DNA of 64,000 nucleotides from Scenedesmus sp. PABB004 (Eukaryota): NCBI GenBank assembly GCA_014905635.1, contig JABVCE010000015.1, positions 62,001 to 126,000 of the forward strand, read 5' to 3'. Shown piece by piece: positions 58,446 to 64,000 of this stretch (position 1 is its first letter; each line of letters starts with the position of its first letter). The notes under the pieces were generated by a model. It saw only the letters and a program-made list of their open reading frames with translations, ran no database searches and was not told where the DNA came from. The position numbers and the translations under genes were made by a program.

Positions 58446-58542
58446 TTTCGGCGCGACAACCAGCAGTCCGGGAGCTGGGGTGGGCCCAGCGCTGGCAAGG
58501 CAAGGCGACTCAGAGACCTCGCTTACACGCGCCGCACGCGCG

Positions 58543-59815
58543 CTAGGCCACCGCGTTCTCCTTGTCCGCCGCCGCCTCGGCCGGCGTCCGCCGCCGCTTC
58601 ACGCCGCACACGCCGCCGCGCCCCGCCGTCGCGCGCAGCAGCCGCGCCGTGTGCCCGCCCGCCGCCCACCACTGCTCCTGCAGCGCCGCGCCCTGCCGGC
58701 CGGCCTCGTACACTGCGGGGGCGGGCCGGGCCGCGGCGCGTGGGCGCGCGCGCGCCGCGCCCGCGGGCCGCCCGGCTGCCGCAGCGCCGCAGCCCCCGGC
58801 GGGGGCCTGCCGGGGGCCACCCCGCCCGCGCGCCACATCCGCGCCGCCCCGCCGCTCACGTGCTTTCTCCTCCTCGTTCAGCTTGCCCAGCACGCGCTGC
58901 AGCGCCGCGCCGTCGGGCGCGCGCAGGCTGCCGGCGAGCAGCTCCTGGCTGCGCTGGCTGAACGTCTTGCGCAGGAAGCCCGCCAGCCCCGCGTCGTGCG
59001 TGCTGTGCGCGCGCGCGGTCCGCGCGGCGGCGGCGGCGGCGTCACGGTCCGCCGGCGGCCGCGGGCGCGCGACCGCAGCAGGCCCGTGCGGGCGAGCGCG
59101 GCGGCGCGCCGCTCACAGCTCTGCGCACTGCGAGCCGACGTGGTAAAAGGCGGGGTGCTGCTTTAGGCTGATGCACGCGGCGCCCGCGTCCACGCGCCGC
59201 TGCATCCTGCGGGGGTCGGGAGTGCGGCGCTCGGCGGCCGGCCGGCCAGAGGGGCACGCGCGCGCCGGCGGCGGCACGGAGGGGCGCGCCGCGCGGGGGG
59301 CTCACCACTCGCCGTAGACAGCGGGCGCCTGGATGCTGACCATGCCGCGGTCCAGCAGCGCCTGCGCCAGCCACAGCGGCAGCTCCGCGCGCGTCTCCTT
59401 GCGCAGCTGCGCGCGCGGGCGCGGCCGCGGGCGGTGCAGCGGGCGCGCGTCGGCGGCGGCGGCGGCAGCGGCGGCAGGCGCGGCGCGGACGGGACTCCGT
59501 CGCCGCGGCCGCCGCCGCTCGCGCGCCGGCGGCGGCGAGGCCGCAGCGGTTGTGGCGGCGCGCGCTGCGGCCGCTCACGTCCGCCGCGCTGCTGGTTGGG
59601 TCCAGCACGCGCCCCAGGCTCTTGACGCCGAAGGGAAACTCGCAGGGCACCAGCTGCGGGCGAGCGGCGGCGCGTGGGGCGGCGCGCGGGCGTGGGCTTG
59701 TGCGCGCTGCTGCCGCGGCGGGCCCCCGCCGCGCCCGCGGCGCCAGCCGGGCCGGAAGGCGGCTCACCGCGTCCTCCGCGAGCAGCGCCACCGGGTCGAA
59801 GTAGGCCGCGCCCAT
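58543..59815 (-). CDS. PSF3: DNA replication GINS complex subunit PSF3
   Basis: YFDPVALLAED / VPCEF..LGRVLDPTS / TRAELPLWLAQAL..MVSIQAPAVY / DAGAACISL..PAFYHVG / KLNEEEKA-VYEAG. Confidence 0.88.
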
Positions 59816-60204
59816 GGCGAGCGGCCCTGGGGGCTGGCCGGCGGCGACCGCGCCGCCGCGGATGGCAACAACCAGGGCGTCCGGGCGCTCGGCGCGGCTG
59901 TGCGGCGGTCCCCGCGCGGCGGGGGAGGCGTGTAGGCTCCGTCTACGTGCTCCCGAGCTCCTGCGAGCGCGCGGTGGCGCGGGCCGGGTGCGGGCTGGTG
60001 CGCTGCTGCAGCTGGGGTCGCGGGGCGGGGCCGGGAGCGGGCCGGGAGTGCTGCAGCGGCGAGCACGGGGGCTGGGGCGGCGCCAGCGCGGCGGCGCGGC
60101 GGCGGAAGGCAGGTGGACGCGCGGCGTTCAAGCGTCGGCGAACGCTGTCGCGCGCCGCGTGCCGCTTGCGCCGCCAGCGGACAGCGCTCCCGAAGCCGCC
60201 TCGC

Positions 60205-60209
60205 TTACA
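60205..60209 (-). promoter_or_regulatory. TGTAA polyadenylation signal of DLST
   Basis: TTACA on + strand ~290 nt downstream of the stop. Confidence 0.5.
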
Positions 60210-60494
60210 GAGAGCGCGGCGGGCGCCGGCCAGCGATGGCGGCCGGCGCGCGCCCCGCGCCCCCGCGCGGCCCGCCCTGCCCAACCCCCCCGCGGCGGCG
60301 CGGCGCCCAGCAAGCAAATGCGATGAATGCCGGCAGTGCTCCTCCTCCTCGCAGCAACGCGCCCACCACCACCGCCGCTGCCCGCACGGCAAGCCGTGCG
60401 CCGCGCGCGCGCCGCCCAGCCGCCGCCCAGCCCCCGCCGCCGGGCCCACCGCCGCGCGCGTGCCGGGCCGCGGCGGGCCGCGCCGCCCGCCGCC

Positions 60495-62895
60495 TCACAC
60501 GTCGAGCAGCAGGCGGCGCGGGTCCTCGACCACCTCCTTGATGCGCTTCAGGAACGTCACCGCCTGCGAGCGTCACACAGCGCGGCCGTGGGCCTTGAGC
60601 GCGCCGCCGCGGCCGCCGCACCGCCGGCCCGCTCGAAACGCGTCCCGTGCGCGCGCCGCTCGAAAATGTAACAATAACAATAACAATAACACCAGGCCAC
60701 GCACCTCCCTGCCGTCGATGAGGCGGTGGTCGTACGTGAGCGCGATGTACATCATCGGCCGCGCCGCGACGCCGCCGCCGACGACCATCGCGCGCTGCGT
60801 GATGTTGTGCATGCCCAGGATCGCGCTCTGCGGGGGGGACGCGCGGCGGCGGCGGCGGCGGCGTTAGTTTGCGGCGTTAGCTGCACTGTTATTCATTGTT
60901 TTCAGGTTGGGTTGGGCGACGTCGAGCGCGCCCGGCTCTCCGCGCCGGCGCGGCGAGAGCGCGGCCTGGCGCCCAACGGCGGCCCGCGCCGGGCGGCGGC
61001 CCGCGCCCGGCTGCGGCGCGCGGCAGCGGCGGCGCCGCAGCGCGGCGCGCCTGGGGCGGGTTGATGATGGGCGTGGAGAGCATGGAGCCGTACACGCCGC
61101 CGTTGCTGATCGTGAACGTGCCGCCCGCCATGTCGTCGATGGAGATGGTGCCGTCGCGCGCCTTGCGCCCGAGCGCGTTGATCGCCTGAGCGGCGGGGCG
61201 GCGGCGCGGGTGTTGTTGTGGGCGTTGTGGGCGCGGGCGCGCGCGGGCGTCGTCGCTGTGGGCGCGCGCCGCCGGCGCAGCGCCGCGCGCTCGCGGCTCG
61301 GCGCCTCGCGCCCCGTGCAGCGCCCGTGCAGCCGCCCCGCGGCGCGCGCGCCTTCTCCACGTCAGCAAAGCCCATGCGGTCGACGCCGCGCAGCACGGGC
61401 ACGACGAGGCCCTTGGGCGTGGCGACGGCGATGCTGATGTCGGTGTAGTCCCTGGCAGGAGGGAGAGGGGTGTGTGTGTGTGGGTGCGCGTGTGGGTGGG
61501 CGAGGTGATCCAAGGCCCGGCGAGGCCGCGGCGCAGGCGCCTGCTGCGCGCCGCGCGCCTGCAGCGCGCCGCGCCCGCGGCGTGCAGCCGCCCGCCCCCG
61601 CACGCCCCGCACGCCGCGACTGCCGAGGCCCCTGGGGCACAGCGGTCTCCCCGGCAACCCTAACGCCCTGAAACCCTCAACCCTGAGACCCCAGCAGCCC
61701 TCCCCCTCACCGGTAGATGATGTCGGAGCCGTCGATGACGGCGTTGACGGCAGGCACGTCGGCCAGCGCCGCGGCGGAGGCCTTGACAAAGGCGGACATG
61801 AAGCCGAGCTTGACGCCGTGGCGCTCAAAGAACGCGTCCTGCGAGCGGGGGCGCGGGTGTGCGGGTGTGCGGGGAGTGTGTTTGTGGGTGTGGGTGTGAG
61901 GGGGGAAGGGTGAACGGGTGAAGGGAGAGGACAGGGAGGGAGCGAGGGAGGGAGGGCGAGGGGGAAAGGGACAGAGTCTGGGCGGCGAGCGTCTCTCGTG
62001 GGTGCACGCTCCCGTCCACCCCGACCCCGCGCCCGCGCGCCTTGTACGCCGCGCGCAGCTCCATGAGCCCCGTCATGTCGACCTCGTTGAACGTGGTGAG
62101 CATCGCGTAGGTGTTCTGCGCGCCCTTGAGCCGCTCCGCGACGCGCAGGCGCAGGCGCGTCATCTTGACGCGCCTGGGCGGCGCGCGCGGCGGGGTTGGG
62201 CCGGCGGGGTGTAGGGTTGCGGCGGGGTAAGGCAGGGAGGGACGGGGGGTGTGAGGCAGAGAGAGGCAGAGGGAGGGAGGGAGGGAGGGAGAGAGGGACG
62301 GACGGACGGAGGGCGGCGGCGGCGGCGGCGCGCGGCGCACGCACCGCTCCGGCCGGTCGCCGCCGGCGGCCGGCGCCGCGCCGCCGGCGGGCGGGGGCGC
62401 TTCCGACGCCTGCACGGGCGGCGCGCCGCGCGCGGGGTGGGTGGGGCGCCGCGGGCGCCGCCGCGCGCGGCCCGCTGCGGCCGCCTGCGCCCGCGCCGCG
62501 GCCGCGGCCGCGCCGCGCCCACCTTGGGCGTCGCCGGCGCCGCCGGCGCCGCCGGCCGCTGCTGCTGCTCCGCCGCCGCCGGCGCGGCCGCCTTGGGCGG
62601 CGGCGGTGCGTCCGCGGGCGCGTCCGGCGCGGGCGCCGCCGCCGCGGGCGCGGCGCCGCCAAAGTCGCCCTCCTCCACGCGCGCGACGGCCTGGCCGACC
62701 ACCACCGTGTCGCCCTCGGCCACGAGCACCTCGGTCAGCCGCCCAGACTTGCCGCCAAACTTGACGTCGATCGTGACCTGAGCGGGGACACGGACGCGGA
62801 CGCGGCGCGCGGGGCGTGGGCCGGCGCGGGAGGCGGGCGCCGCTGCTGCGCCCCCCGGGGCCCATCCCTGCCCGCGCCACGAACCACGCGGCTGC

Positions 62896-62927
<32 letters not shown>

Positions 62928-63942
62928 TCGCTGCTGCTGCTGCTGGTGCTGCTGCTGCTGCTCCGCGCGCCGCCGCCCCCGCTCAGCGCGCCGTGCCGCC
63001 CCCGCCCAGCGCGCCGCGCCGCCCCCGCGCCGCGCCGCCGCCACTCCCCCGCCCCGCGCTGCGCCGCGCCGCGCCTTGTCGGTCTCGATCTGGGCGATCA
63101 CGTCATCCTCGGCCACCACGTCGCCTGCGTGCAGCACGCACAGCACGCGAGGAGCGCGGGGCGCAGCGCGGGGCGCGGGCGTGAAGCGCGGGCGTGAGGC
63201 GCGGGGGAGGGGAGCCGCCGCGTGCCGGCGCACAGCCGCGCGGGTGTGCGGCGGCAAGCCCCGCGGGGCGCAGCACCGGCACCCACCCGGCTGCTTCAGC
63301 ACCGCGGCGATGCTGCCCTCGGTGATGGAGTCGCCCATCGCGGGGACCACGACGTCGCCGCCCGCCGCGCCGCTCGCATGCAGCAGGCGCCGCAGCAGCA
63401 CGCCGCCGGCGCCCGCCGGGCCCGCCGGCGCCGCGCGCGCGCCGCGCAGCGCCTCCAGCGCCGCGGCCGCCGCGGCGCCGCAGCGCGGCGGCGCCGCCCT
63501 GCGCCGGGCGCGCGCGCGCGGCAGCAGCGGCAGCGGCGGCGCGGCGCGGGTGGCGTGGGCCCGCGCGCTGCGCGCGCCGGGCCGGCCGCCGCCGTGCGGC
63601 TACCCCGCGTGCCCACCTGCTTCCCAGGCATCGAGCGAGCGCCGGCGCGCCTGCGGGAGGGCGGTCTGCGTCAGATCGAGGCGGACAGCGGCCGCGGGGC
63701 GCGCCAGGGGCGCCGCTGCGGGCCAGAAACCCACCTACGGCGCCCCCGAGGCGCGCCCCGCCTGTCGAAACACCGCTGGCAGCCTGCGGGAGGCGGCGGG
63801 CGTCGGGGCGGGCGCCGGCAGCAGTCGAGCCGGAGCACAAACCGGCGCCCCGGCGCGCCCCGGGCCCGCCGCTCACCGACGCCGCGCCCAGGGCGGCGCG
63901 AAGTCCGCTCCCGACCAGCCGCGGGCCCGCCCGGAGCGCCAT
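60495..63942 (-). CDS. DLST: Mitochondrial dihydrolipoyllysine succinyltransferase (E2 of 2-oxoglutarate dehydrogenase)
   Basis: [18 protein letters not shown] (lipoyl Lys), [68 protein letters not shown]. Mitochondrial presequence-like N-terminus. Confidence 0.97.
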
Positions 63943-64000
63943 GGCGCGCGCGCGCCTGGGCTGGCTCGAGGCGGGGCGCGCGAGAGGGAGGAGCCGCCGG

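Noticed and set aside
1..64000. Hundreds of long Arg/Ala/Pro/Gly-rich ORFs, including antisense overlaps
   Set aside because: Expected from stop-codon scarcity at very high GC; they read through introns and show no protein motifs.

Overview
This window is very GC-rich (roughly 75-80% by eye), intron-dense eukaryotic nuclear DNA. The gene content, GT/GC-AG introns and TGTAA poly(A) signals point to a chlorophyte green alga (inference). Most long ORFs in the track are artefacts of high GC, so genes were rebuilt by hand from exon fragments and exon limits are approximate. About 19 loci are supported: an LRR protein, CbbY, a conserved plant/algal hypothetical protein, a degenerate PARP-finger protein, HCF164, TMEM97/EXPERA, ALMT, a GH31 alpha-glucosidase, a RING-CH E3 ligase, a secreted GH-like TIM barrel, an ODC homolog, GINS PSF3, OGDH E2 (DLST), a low-complexity hypothetical protein, a large secreted protein, and four MYND-finger genes, three of them damaged. 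Four observations stand out. (1) The secreted protein appears to carry two tandem aerolysin/ETX-MTX2-like pore-forming domains joined by an RRL-rich linker. (2) The ODC homolog lacks the catalytic Cys motif and has a peptide-like uORF plus a duplicated out-of-frame splice acceptor, which suggests an antizyme-inhibitor-like regulatory module. (3) The MYND copies share promoter and 3' segments with unrelated neighbours and carry palindromic transposon-excision-like scars. (4) GC-AG introns are unusually frequent and intron composition is polarised.
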